DNA of 62,238 nt, the filler included, from Bipalium vagum (Eukaryota), in assembly GCA_037834085.1 (NCBI GenBank). It is 3 parts of 3 records of this genome, joined end to end, with 100 filler letters (N's around TTAATTAATTAA, not from the genome) between each part and the next. Parts side by side here need not be neighbours in the genome. Positions count along the whole stretch, not along the records: positions 1 to 19,125 come from JBBMKC010009858.1; positions 19,226 to 41,531 come from JBBMKC010223896.1; 1 more part is not named here. One strand, given 5' to 3'. A program made the position numbers and the translations under genes. Positions 11,101 to 23,420 of this stretch are shown in pieces. How positions within the stretch are numbered: position 1 is the first letter of the stretch; every line of letters starts with the position of its first letter. The notes under the pieces are model-generated. The model made no database searches and was not told where the DNA came from. It saw only the letters and a program-made list of their open reading frames with translations.

Positions 11101-14100
11101 ACTGAAAAAGAAATTAATCACTTTTCTGATATTCGTATCTGCCATCAACGATATATTGTCGATAACAATTGACAGAAAATGATTTTTATCAATTAATATT
11201 TCAATAATAAAATTGATCCGAAAGATCAACGAACATTACCTGAACTAAGTATACTATCCGATTTCAAAAGTTCTCTTTGTTTTACGATTTTACTTATTTC
11301 TTTTATAGAATCACAAGAGAAAGCTGAGGTATTATTGATCGAAGAAAACAATAATATGAAAATATTTTAATTTTCAAAAAGAATTTTATAATATAATATT
11401 TATTTATTTTCATAATTCAAGTGACACTCTGTGTCCAAATTCAGTGATAATATCTAATTTTGTGATTTTCCAAAACAAACAATTTAATTGAAAAAATTCC
11501 AATTTTTTCCTACATTATTTGCCGCAGAAAGAAAAGCAATACATTGAAAAAATTATTGTCGAGAAAGCAATTGGAAGGAAGGCTAGAAAGAATATAAAGC
11601 CGGCACTGATTAATAATGTACGGTAAATGTCAACAATTTTATATTACATAAATTTAATTTGAAATATCATCTAAATAATTATTTCTATCGAACGATTGAT
11701 TATTAGAAAATTAAACTATTATTTATTTTTAATAGTTTCAAAAAATCATTTATACAATAAAATTATTTTATCAATTTCAAAAATTTATAAATTAATAATT
11801 CAATTTGATTAATATTTTGTTGATAATTCTCCATTGTCAATTGCAGTTTATCAAGATCTGGATAAGTTTGGGCTAAGTTTTAAGATCATTTTCATGAAAT
11901 TAAAAATAATTAATTTCTCTGAGATTTAGATCAGAACTTTGGTAGGCTTTTATAAAGTTATCATATTCTTGTACTGAACAGATAAAATAATTTTGGCTTT
12001 GTCTGAGATCATGATTATCCTGTAACATGTAATCACCATCTTGAGAGACAAAGTTTGTTATAGGACCCATTTCTCTAAGTAACCTCGGAAAACTCTCTGC
12101 TCTTTATTCCTTTGAGATATCAATTAAAAAATTACGTTTGCATTGATAATAAATCATTTATCAATTCAAATGCCAAATTATTAAACCTGAAATTAAACCA
12201 CCCAGGCCATTACAGTTTATATTTCCCTTGATTCTAAGGTAAGAAATGATTATGAAATGCAGTAAGAATTCAGTTTATTTTTTTTACTCTTCAATTTTAA
12301 TGCTCCAAGTTATAATATTAATTTCATGTTATAGTACAAATTTCAAGACAATCTTTAGTTGAACTACAAAGTAAGGAATGCATTTCTATGAAAATCTAAG
12401 CTTTTAAGGTCTTGTTTTTACTCGAAAAATTCCAGAATATAAAACGAAATTTTTAAATTTAAACTGATATATAATAAAAGAGAAGTCACTGACTCTTGGT
12501 AGACTTATAAATGTATGCTCGAAAGTATTATCGAAAAAATATTTGTAATTTTTTTTAAAAAATTGAAAAAATTAAAACCAGAGTTTAATAAATCGATAAA
12601 TTATCAAAAATATTTCCTGTTACAATAACCGTTATGGTAAATTTTAAATATTATTACTTTATCAGTTAAAGCTGTCACCAATGGTGATATATTGGTAACT
12701 TTTTCTGTCGAACCACTTTGAATTTTTGGCACATTCGAAAAGTATTGATTGCCATTCCAATCTTCAGAACGACGATATCGGAATGTCGAACTTTTGCAAT
12801 TTTCCTCCAACTGAAAAACGAAACAATATTCTATATCTAATTACCCTATCAATCATTGCAACAGAGTTCATCAATCAGTTATCTGAATCAATAAAACCCA
12901 TTTTCATTATATAATAACAGATGATATTATAATGACGCGCAAGCTGAGGAGGTCGATATTAAAATGTCTAGATAAAGGAAAGAAATTAATCAAAAGAAAC
13001 GGCAATTTTCTATCTACTAAAACCCAGAAGCAGCAGTTGTTGAATTTGTCGGAATTGGCACAAGCGCGCTGCCAATCTGTTGTTTGGAAGCGCCGCCCAC
13101 AGATTGCTAATAATATCAGTAAAGCGAAGAAATCAAATTAATATCAACACGAAAAGGATATGGTTAAAAACGGAGTGAAATTTTAATTGTAATTCAACTT
13201 ATTGTAAAATGAAAATGAAGTACATTATCGCAACGGATTTTCTTTATACCAATAATCGAAATCATTCATCCAAAATTCGATTAATGAATGAGTAACAGAC
13301 AACATTGACTAGCCGTCAAATTTTGACAGAGCAAAATCAACTTTAATTGGATTCTGGACCAAACGCAGACTCGACTGAACTTCCATTTCATTTCGCTGCC
13401 ATGTCAATATCAATAAATATTGAGGGAATATTAACAAAATTGAAAACTCTGTACAATAATAACAGGAGTGTTCTCGAATTCTTTAAGTAAACAAAAAAAG
13501 AGAGCTGTGACAAAAATCCAATCACAGTCCATTGCAATAGAATGTTCTTATAATAAATTCACGTAGAATAAATAGCTGGGTCTAGGTTAATATTTGTTAA
13601 GTTTAATTAAACAAATAATAACAACGAAAAGATTGTTTTAACACGAAATGAGTTTGCACTGATTATAACAATGAAAATTCGACAATAATGATGATGGTGA
13701 TGATCACCGATTGTTACTATAATGAAAATAAATATAAAACTAAATAGTTTTGCTCTATTTAAATAAGTGTTAAGTTCTTGTTTTAATGATGGAAGGTTTA
13801 TAGAAAAAGACTAGAAATTTAGAGATTTTGTACAAAAATAAAAGAAACACCCAGAACTTGAGTTTATTGAATCAAGAGAAACCATTTGGTGCCCCACACA
13901 ACCATACGATAAAGAGTTTTGTGTTGATTAACTACAAAAAAATTATTTCAGAATATCTCAGCGAAAAATATTCAAATATATTTGGTGAAACCATTGATTT
14001 CCATAGACAGCATATGAGAGTATCGAACATAAATTTATGACTTTCATAAAATTTTATTAGCCGTAAAATATTTTGAAAATAATAATAAATAATTTATTTA

Positions 14101-17100
14101 TCGCTTCTACGTCTACATTTTCGTCGAGGCATAATTTCCAGTTTGGGTGAAGTCAAAAAAGTAATGAAATATTTCGATGAGTTCATATAGCTGAAACAGT
14201 CACAAGTTCAGCATTGAGACTTAATTATTTTTTATGTCCCATTATTTCCCATATATTACTTGGGATTATTAAATGTAATTAGAAATATGTAAGATTTTGG
14301 AATTCATTGATTTTTAATCATATAATAAAAAAATTTTCTGATTTTTGTTTTCACTTTTGAAATATATATATTAAAGTTATTTGATTAAATAAAAACTCGA
14401 TTAAAATAATTTTCTAAAATAAAATAACAATATTATGGACTACAAATTCATCAATCGTAACAATTGAAAATTATATTTATTATTCAATATTTTTTCATAG
14501 AAGTAAAACTATTAACGCTCCACATATTAAAATTTTTAAGAAATTTAAAGCAATCCTATAAAATATGTCTTAATGTTAAGACTCGCGTTTTTCAAGGACT
14601 TGTAAATATAAAAGTAATTAAAATTGATAATCGTTCATAGATGAATTAATGTGACAAAACTGGTGCCAGGCGTTTTAAAATGACCAGAAATATAATTGTT
14701 TAGAAATAATTACAAGAAATTATTATCGAAAAGTAGAAAAGGATTTCACAGGGAATTATACTAAAAAAAAGAAATGGCTGATGTTAGCGTCCAATGGTGA
14801 AAAAATATATGGTATTAAACCTGAAAAATCTTTAACTTCCATAGAAAAAGATATATATTAGGTTGTAAAGAAATAGTTTTGCATTATGAATTGTTAAATG
14901 AAATGTTAATTTATTAATATAAATTTGTTTATATCTTAAAGCGAAATTTTTTAAAAATGTAAGTACACAAAAACTTTTTATAAAGTTAAAACATTTTTTA
15001 AGAATTTGAAAACGATATGAGCGACATCCAATTTAGAGCAGTTTCTTTATGAAGAAAATGGGTTGTAATACTGAACAAACCGCTAGAAATTGTTGCCAGA
15101 ATATTTGGCGAAAGTACCACTAGTGAACATAGCGATCAAAGCTGGTTTCACAGATTTAAATATGGAGATGAACATATTCAAGATAAATATGGTCGTGAAC
15201 GAAAATCTTTCATCTTCAATGACGATTTGAAGATTTTTGTTGAGAATGATCCGCGTAAAACTGTTTGATAGCTTAGCTGTGCACTGGGTGTTTCAGCTAT
15301 GAATTTTTCCAAACATCTGTGAGAAATTGGAAAGTCAAAGAATGGGTTCCATACAATTTGACAGAAAAGCAGAAATTATGTCGTTTTGAGGTATCATCAG
15401 CACTTTATTTGCGCAACAAAAATGAACCTTTCCTCGATCGCATTGTGACATGCGATGAGAAATGGATCTTGTACGACAACCACCGACGTTCTCAGCAGTG
15501 GTTAGATCGACATGAACCTCCTAAACCTAAGAAGCTCCAACAGAAAGTTTTGGTGTCGTTTTGTGGTGTTCCACTGATTTGATTCATTATATATTCTTGA
15601 AATTTGTCATATATTACCCCGTAAGGTATTGTATAGAAATCGAAGAAATTTATCAAAAACTGAAGTTCACCTACTCAGCATTAGTCAATGGAAAAGGCAT
15701 ATTGCTTCTCCATGATAATGCTAGACCACACGTCGCGCAATCTACTTTACAATTTTTGAACCAACTTGATATTGAAATTCTGAATTACCTCTGAAAAGCC
15801 TTTGAAGATTTTATAATAACTAGAATTCCAGATTTCTATAGAATCGGGATAAATAAACTTTTGACTGGTTCAGAGAAATATGTAATGTAATGGCTTCTAT
15901 TTTGATAAATAAAATTGAACCTGTGATTTGAAGTTCAATGTTAAAAACCGCCATTTATTTCTTTATAACCTAATATGTGCTGGAGAGAATAAACAGGTCT
16001 ATTCAATTGAATTATCTAATAAATCTATTTAATTAATAAACATTAAATTAAATTTGTGTTTTACTTAAAATATATTAAATAACGTCCACAATTATAAAGT
16101 ATTAATATCATATTTTTGAGAAAGTAAAAATTAAATTTGATAAAAGCAGAAAATATCTGTTCTTAATATAAAATATGATTACAACGGTTTTAATGATTAA
16201 ACGTTGTTGAAAAGATAATAAACCTCCGACTGATAATAGTCACCGAATGAAAATGATACCACAGTAGAAAAGAACAATTCATTTGTAAAGTGACTGGCTT
16301 ATGTGATAGAGGCTTTAATTGTTTTTCTGTGATTGACAGTATAGCTTCTTCAGAATGATTATAATTGTCTCAACATTTATTTGATAGCATTATAAAATTT
16401 AAATAATAAATGAATTGATTTTTTAAATATCAATATAATAGAATTGATTGGAATTTTATTTCATATTTTAATCATTTTCTGTAAATTTCTTCAGAGAATA
16501 TTCTGCTTAAATTTTGAATAAAAAATGCACTTATGCCCTTTCTCAATATTATCATGTATTGAGTTAACTCTCCACATCAATGATATCTTTCGTTCAAAAT
16601 AAATCTTAAGGGATATTTTCAGAACCATAACATCAAGTAATAAAATGACTTCAACTGTTTGGGGGATTTTTATTTTTTAACAATTATATCATGGTTGATA
16701 TTTAAAAACCAGTACTGACATCTATCAAAGATAAAAATCATTAATAAAATCCCACCGTGATTGAAAATTTTATTTAACGAAAAATATAAATTGGAATTTT
16801 CGATATTATAACTAAATAATGAATTTGAGTGAATATCAAACCAAAAATAATTTTACACTTACTTTTAAAACTCATCAGAAAGACATTAAAGTGACGTTTT
16901 AATAATCTTTCTGTTAAAAAAATCTAAATTTTTCAAATCAATTTTTAAAAAGATGAACATTTTTCTATTTTACTTCGATATTATGTAACAATGCTGAGCA
17001 ACCTCAATAAAACTTTATTCAAAATAACCTCAATTACTGATTACCTCAATCTGGTTTTTTCTGTCAATAATTTATAATAACCATTGGTCGACCAGTGTGA

Positions 17101-18470
17101 CTAAAATATCAGTTAATTTAGCAAAAAAATTATGTAATATAAAGAAGTTAGACATCAGTCTGAGGTAGAAATAGACCACAGAATGGTTTTAAGTTATGTA
17201 ACAAGTTTGTTTCCAGGGACGTTTAGTCAGATTGTACGACCAATTACGAAAACCGCTTGTTTTTATATTATATATATGATTTAGCGTCTCCGAAAAATTT
17301 ATTTTGACCTGCTAATAATAATAATTATATGTTGCCATCTAACGAATGTACAGATGGTAGTTAGTATTTTTGATAAGACTGGATTAAAAATGAAATTCAA
17401 TGTAGCGTCCACAAACCAACAATAACATTTAATAAACAAAAATTTAAAATGTAATTCACTAATAAAACAAAATTAAGTCGACTTTATAAAGAGATTAATG
17501 GTGGGTGTTCTGTAATGAATACAGATGGAAAAGGAACGTGGTCCACTCTGTAAACGATAAAAAGGTTCGAATTCAAACAAAAAAATTAGTTACTATTTGT
17601 CTGGTTGAATGTAAAATCGGTAAAAAGGTACTAATTATAATTCACTAAGAATCTTAATACTAACTATTGATAAGTTAAAAAGATCAACTCTTCCATGGTG
17701 ATTGAACGAGAATAAATGATAAATCATTGGTGATAAAGCAAAACTGAAGAGAGAGCGTGATCAGAAGACACTTCATACCGACCAAATATTATTTTTTCCA
17801 GTATTTACACAACTCTTTTCACGGGTGTAAAAATATTTTCAGAAAATGACGTTTGAATTAAATGGTTTAATATTTTGAGGCCGAGATCATCATTTACCAC
17901 AAATAGGTAAAAAACAAGTTATCAAATGAAATTTAAAATAATGATTTAATCAATTCAGTTTAAAATTTGACAATAAACGTTTTCTCCTCTTTTATAATAA
18001 GCACCAAAACTTTTCTCCAACATGATTTTATCTGAATTTGAAAATTAATTTTCAAGTATTACTGTTGAACTGATCGAAAAAATACATTTTAACTTCTTCC
18101 AAGTCAAATTACCTTTTTACGAACCGATGGAAAATAGTTATTGACATTCATGATTGCATCGGATAACTTTAAGTGGAGATTCTTATTTATTTCCGAAAAA
18201 TTTAACGGATGCTTCAACTTCTTCAGGAGATTTCTTAATGCCACTGGAAAGAAGTAAATCCATTCAGGAAAAAAAATTATTATTCAATCAACTTAAAATT
18301 TTTTTCCACGATCTGCTCAACTTGTCTTTTTCCTTTTGATTTAAAGACCCAAAACAATTGCCCAGAACGGAAGTACACAGACTCTCACATGGCATAAGGT
18401 CAGTTTTCGAGCACAAAGGACAATAAAACGCTTTGGCGTGGTTTTCTGCACAATTCGACGATGGCATCAT
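5109..18470 (-). CDS. Glypican-like heparan sulfate proteoglycan, 5'-incomplete (N-terminal exons lost at the contig gap)
   Basis: GT-AG exons: 18293-18470 (C..FYCPLC..MPCESLCTSVLGNCF..W), 18113-18243 (LKHPLNFSEINKNLHLKLSDAIMN, cf. glypican LEGPFNIE..IDVKISEAIMN), 12658-12810 (C..RYRR furin site), 10673-10785 (ADKIC..PCWNG), 9367-9608, 8984-9322 (two EGSG) and 5109-5567 (GSG, EGSG, hydrophobic GPI-signal-like end). One junction (10673 to 9608) is phase-discordant. Confidence 0.85.
6500..7000 (+). mobile_element. Highly decayed mariner-like transposase remnant
   Basis: YSLDFNMLDLWVIAKLK at ~6817-6867 resembles the YSPDL..D.W.F..LK motif. An HTH-like fragment lies upstream. No TIRs recognised. 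Confidence 0.35.
14858..15973 (+). mobile_element. Mariner (DD34D) element, decayed transposase, in a glypican intron
   Basis: TA-flanked TIRs TTAGGTTGTAAAGAAATA / TATTTCTTTATAACCTAA. Motifs WVPYNL, IVTCDEKWILYDN, LLHDNARPH. Confidence 0.9.
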
Positions 18471-19125
18471 CTAAAAAAAATATCTATAACAGAACGTGTT
18501 GCATTGATACAAATGATCATTGATTAGTCTTAATTACGTACGTGATACCAGACTCATTATCTTAATTAAATGTCAGACAATATTAGATACATTTCTTTGG
18601 AAATTGTAAAATTGTCTTCACTGTTCTTAAAATTAATTAATATTTAATAAAAGGTATTGATCAGCTGTCTCTGATAGCAGTGTTTCTCAGAGTTGATAAA
18701 GAAATTGAAAACAGATTTTATTAATATTTTTTTTAAAAAATTATTTGGAATTCCAAGAATTAATTAAGACAGACTCTTATTTCTTAAAATGAAAAAAACT
18801 CGGTCTAAATGTATTGCAATAATTTTACTGGTACTTTAAAAATGGTTTTTTATAATTTTTAAAATGTTCTTTATATTTTTTTCTTTTTATAATCTTTAAA
18901 AAAATTTTAATTAACAAAAAATTGATTGATTTATTATCGTTGAAAAAAAAATTAAATTTATTGTATTCTAGTAAAAAGAAAATGATTTCAGAGATTTGAA
19001 ATTTTTAAGAATATAAATTAAGAATATAAACACATCCGAGGACAATATGTCTTTAGACACTATTTTGAAAAAATTAAAATAAGTCAAAACAACAAATACA
19101 AGTATAATTAATATTCAAAATACAA

Positions 19126-19225
19126 NNNNNNNNNNNNNNNNNNNNNNNNNNNNNNNNNNNNNNNNNNNNTTAATTAATTAANNNNNNNNNNNNNNNNNNN
19201 NNNNNNNNNNNNNNNNNNNNNNNNN
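19126..19225. other. Assembly gap with artificial six-frame-stop linker
   Basis: N-run, TTAATTAATTAA (19170-19181), N-run; exactly 100 bp and identical to the second gap. Confidence 0.95.
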
Positions 19226-19575
19226 TAATTTTTCACCTAGGCGCCATTGCCAAAATTATTTTTCGTAATAACCGATTTTTTGTAATATCCGGATTCGTAA
19301 TATATATATATATATATATATCCTATGTTAACATCCTTCAATGATGCACTGTTGAGGAAAAATCACTCATATCGGATAGTGGCTTACAACAGTTAAAACA
19401 TCCGTTACTAATGAGTCGACTGATTTTTCTTTTATCAATTTAAATGAGATGATGAAAATGTCTAATAGGTAATTATTCAATATATTTTTATTTTATTGAG
19501 AAAAGTTCTCACGTTTAATACAATAAAAATAAAAGGATAGCTTAAATAAATGGTAGAGAATCTTGAAATTTGATC

Positions 19576-19908
19576 TTAATTTTTATGTAATGGAAATCTA
19601 TTGATAATAGAAATTATATCTCCATCAACTAAATTGAGAGATTCTGGTGTTTCATCAGGACTTATTTCTATGTTATTAAAAGAAAAGACGAATTCTCTAT
19701 AAAACAGAACTCCCATTTTAGTGCAGAATGCATTCATTGCTATATACATGGGTGCTCCTCTCGACATTCTGAATCTCATCGTGGCATTGTTTGGCAATTG
19801 AAAAATCAAAAATGTCCATCGAAAATTATTTGACGAGCCTAAATCCGAACCGTTGACTATATTTTCCGAATAATTACAATTGTTTTCATAACTGTTAAAG
19901 AGGTTCAT
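19576..19908 (-). CDS. Intronless SUMO/Rad60-like ubiquitin-fold protein lacking the C-terminal di-glycine
   Basis: MRFRMSRGAPMYIAMNAFCTKMG..EFVFSFNNIEISPDETPESLNLVDGDII matches the SUMO pattern F.....T.L.KLM.AYC...G.....F.F.G..I....TP..L.MEDGD.I. The ORF ends INRFPLHKN. Confidence 0.7.
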   Translation of the reverse strand: MNLFNSYENNCNYSENIVNGSDLGSSNNFRWTFLIFQLPNNATMRFRMSRGAPMYIAMNAFCTKMGVLFYREFVFSFNNIEISPDETPESLNLVDGDIISIINRFPLHKN

Positions 19909-20516
19909 AAAAATAATATTTTTGATTCATATCAATCCATAAATCGTTTGAAAATCTTTCGAATCAATTTTGCAAAATATCACACTGATAAATAATTATA
20001 ATTTATTAATCATTATTAATAAATTATTATTTATTTATAATTTTCGTTTTTAATATTAATATGCAAGAAGTTATGAAATTTTGTTGATACTGGTAATTCA
20101 ATCTAAACCTCAATTGACCACATAGCCTAATGGTTGAGTTCCTATACTTTTGACAATAACCAACAAAATTATTCACTAATATTTATTATTTATGACAACT
20201 TTACTATCGGTTAGACAAACTAGTGCTATTAACAATATATGCACCAAGTTCACATACATTCGCAACAAAACTAATGATCCCAAAACAGTCAATGTTTGTC
20301 TATGTATCATAAGAATGCTAAATAGATAGCAAATGGTGCTCGAGTGATATGACAATCCAAAATATATCCAGACCCAATCCTTCAGAATTATAATTACTTC
20401 TAAAATTAATGCAATTAGACTCCAAAAAAATTTTACACGGATGTCACCATAGAGTTTAATTTTAAAACCACAAAAATTAACTGAGACAATTCTATATTAT
20501 ATAAAGATGAATAGTA

Positions 20517-21739
20517 CAGTCCCAGTCAAGAGTCTGAGCCAACCTTCAAAAATTGAGTTGATTTCATTATTTATCCATTGGCATGACATCAATTTAGATA
20601 TAGGTATTTATATAACTCTGACCTATATCAATTTATTGTTTTTTCATTAATATTGCATAATTATCAATATTATTCTTGTCAAATAAATACTTTTGTTTAA
20701 ATAATAAATGAATTATATGCTGAAAAAAGGGCTCAAATTTTGATTATGTACGACGAAGGTTATTCGCAGAGACAAATTACGATGAGAATGAATGTGTCAA
20801 GGGGAGCTTTTCGACGTTCAATTCAACGATATGACTTGGATAAATCATTCAAGTCCAAGCAACGATGTAGAAGGCCAAAAGTAACAACAGTTCAAACTAA
20901 TAGATTGATTCATCGGTTGTCCTGTACTCGACCTTTTGCACCGACACGTGAAATTAGATCACAACTTCCTCCAAATGCACCAGTAAGCATGAGTACCATT
21001 TCTTGACGGCTTAGACACGATTTCTCATTGCACTCCAGAAGGCCTACAATAAAGCCGAGACTTTCTTTAAAGAATGTTAAAGAACGCCTACTCTTTTGTA
21101 ACAAATATAAGAATTGGAAGCCCACAGATTGTTATTTTTCAGACGAATGTAAGATCCAGAAATTCTCTCCCAATGTTATACGCGTCTGGAGAACTGACGG
21201 CACAAGTTTGATCCAAAATATACTGTCAAGAATGTAAAACATTTTCCTTCCGTTATGGTCTGGTCATCAATGTCATATGATGGTGTGGGTAATTTATGTT
21301 TTGTTCCTGCTGTTACAACTATTAGATCTACGGAGTACATCGACATATTAAACGAACACCTTATGCCAATTGAAACTGGTAAAATCTTTCAGCATGATGG
21401 GGCCACTTGTCATACAACCAAGGCCGTAAAAGAATTTATCTCTCTTAACAATATGGAGATACTTTGTCCATGGCCTGGAAATTCCCCCGACCTCTTACCA
21501 ATTGAAAACTGCTGGTCCGAATTGAAGAAAAAAGTCCCAAATCTCAATCCAACATCAATTAATGACCTAAAAATTAAAATTAATCAAGTGTGGAGAAATG
21601 ATATCTCGCCTGACTATTGCAAACATTTAATTGAGTCAATGCCTAATCGTATTGTGGCAGTCATTAAAGCTAAAGGATAGATCACAAAATATTAAATTTT
21701 TTTATAATGCTCATTCATGATAAATATTGTACATAATAT
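20517..21739 (+). mobile_element. Tc1-family DNA transposon, decayed transposase, right end interrupted by an LTR
   Basis: TA|CAGTCCCAGTCAAGAGTCTGAG TIR. ORF pieces 20740-21680 contain RRPKVT, YFSDECK, FQHDGATCH and WPGNSPDLLPIENCW (35 residues counted between the second D and E). Confidence 0.9.
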
Positions 21740-22632
21740 TGTTGGGTTAGCCAAGGACACATCTCTGCCAACCCTTGTAAAGTATATGGTAGAGACCGCA
21801 ATAGGGTTTAGATCGATTATTATCAATTAATTATTAAGACCACAAGACGGTCAGAAATAACTTAATAATAATAATAACTTAATAATAACAATTAATTAAA
21901 AAGTACATCCAAACAAAAAAGGGGCAATTAATTATTTCCAAAAAGAATCTGATCTTGACAATGGCGAATCTTAATTGCCAAGATTAGATCAGGGTCCGCA
22001 AGGAGGGACCGATTTAAAATTATCGGTCTAAAAAGGGAATCGATATTCCCTATTAATCAAGCTGATCTACGATTGATTATTCGTCTGATCAGAATAGTAT
22101 ATAAGGAGTTGGAATCCGCAGTGGATTGCCACAGAAGTGAGATCGAGAATTATTATTATTGTCAGAAGAAGGACCAAGAGCTATTATTATTATTTTATTG
22201 TCAGAAGAGTAATAAAAAAGATTTGGTTTTATTTTGTCAGAAGAGTCAAAATTTGCTGCTATTATCCGAAGATTTTTTCGACATTATAATTCATATTTAT
22301 GCTCTCTATGCGACAGGAGCTCACGACGGGCTCTTTGCTGTTAGGGAATTTCTGAGGGAACGGATTGAGTTCAGCTAACCACTCTTTGGACCTGTCCTCA
22401 CAAGTGCTTAGAGTATCTTAATTTTTATTCATTTTTTTCTTTTTAATTAACCCTTACGTACGCACAATTATTCGATATTGATGTTTAATAATTTAATTGA
22501 TTATTACCATTTGATTTTTAGTGTGATAACATTTGTTATTTTTTGTGTAAGATTGCAGACATTTTATTGATCATTTGAAACATTTTGTTACTGTTTGTAT
22601 TGTTATTTTAGCAATAAAGTGATGTTCATAGT
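21740..22632 (+). mobile_element. LTR of the same family as 31-1034, 3'-truncated
   Basis: Starts TGTTGGGTTAGCCAAGGACAC and is homologous to the reverse complement of ~230-1034. It stops where the tRNA element begins. Confidence 0.8.
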
Positions 22633-22752
22633 TGTGAGATATATTGAAAATTAGTCTGGAGATGTAGCTCAGCGGTCAGAGCAGTGCATGCGCATGTGAA
22701 GGTCCCGGGTTCGAATGCCGGTATCTCCGATTAATTTTCAATATATCTCACA
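22633..22752 (+). mobile_element. 120-bp palindromic tRNA-containing element (solo LTR or MITE-like form of the 1221-1485 family)
   Basis: Perfect 21-bp inverted repeats 22633-22653 / 22732-22752 around a tRNA-Ala-like core. Shares the TGTGAGA..TTGAAA start and ATCTCCGATTA..TTTCAA end with 1221-1485. Confidence 0.8.
22658..22729 (+). pseudogene. tRNA-Ala-derived core with intact Pol III A and B boxes
   Basis: A box TAGCTCAGCGG at 22665-22675, B box GGTTCGAAT at 22708-22716, acceptor stem GGAGATG/TATCTCC, TTTT at 22735-22738. The anticodon stem is unpaired. Confidence 0.75.
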
Positions 22753-22919
22753 CAAAAAATTCAAAAAATTTAATACAAATCGGCTAAAATGGTTACGTTC
22801 ATGTTCGTTGGCTCATGGAAATCATATTGAACACCATTTATAGTGTGAATAAATTTTGCTAATAAATAAGTTTTATCTTTTATAATTTTGAATTTTATGG
22901 TTTTTTGTGGGGAACCCTG
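22753..22919 (+). mobile_element. 3' end fragment of a maT/DD37D-like element
   Basis: A HGNHIEH-type transposase C-terminus followed by the TIR ...GGGGAACCCTG|TA. Confidence 0.4.
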
Positions 22920-22926
22920 TAAAATA

Positions 22927-22960
22927 CAGTCCCCGTCAAAAGTCTAAGCCCACCTTCAAA
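22927..22960. mobile_element. Second TIR of the 20517 Tc1 family (same orientation, so it belongs to another copy)
   Basis: TA|CAGTCCCCGTCAAAAGTCTAAGCCCACCTTCAAA vs TA|CAGTCCCAGTCAAGAGTCTGAGCCAACCTTCAAA. Confidence 0.7.
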
Positions 22961-23109
22961 AAATGTATATTCCTATTGTACATTTGAAAAGACGTATTAT
23001 TTCCAAAAATGCACATATTGTTACGATATTATCTCACTATGAACACTTTCGTAACACTTAGCTCGCAAAGTTACTGACCCCTTCACTTTTGCCTATACAT
23101 GTACGCAAA

Positions 23110-23420
23110 TGAATGAATCCATGTATCTCACAATTTGAATTGAGATGCTGTTCCAAATTTCAGTCAACAGTCGTTTTAATGATTTAATATCATTGACTTC
23201 TTTGCTGTAACTGAGATTGATGTAACAGTATTCCCCAAATGGCAAAATGCATCACATTTAGGTCCGGAGTTTTGGATGGTATGATGAAATCCAGTATATT
23301 GTCTTTGAGCCATAAAATTATATCCCTAGCTGTGTGAGCTTTTGCTCCATCCAGTTGCCATGTCTATTCCTTTCCATTCATTGTCTTCTTGATGTCTTCA
23401 AACAGTTGGTGGCAAATGCG
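23110..23420 (-). mobile_element. maT/DD37D-like transposase remnant
   Basis: The minus strand translates WQLDGAKAHTARDIILWLKDNILDFIIPSKTPDLNVMHFAIWGIL. Confidence 0.65.

Noticed and set aside
13828-14040. ORF containing KPFG, resembling glypican LKPFG
   Set aside because: Wrong strand and wrong position relative to the other glypican exons.
17349-17528. Two ACAGATGG E-box-like sites in a glypican intron
   Set aside because: Short motifs, expected by chance, with no independent support.
19170-19181. TTAATTAATTAA palindrome in both gaps
   Set aside because: Artificial scaffold linker with stops in all six frames, so adjacency across the gaps cannot be assumed.
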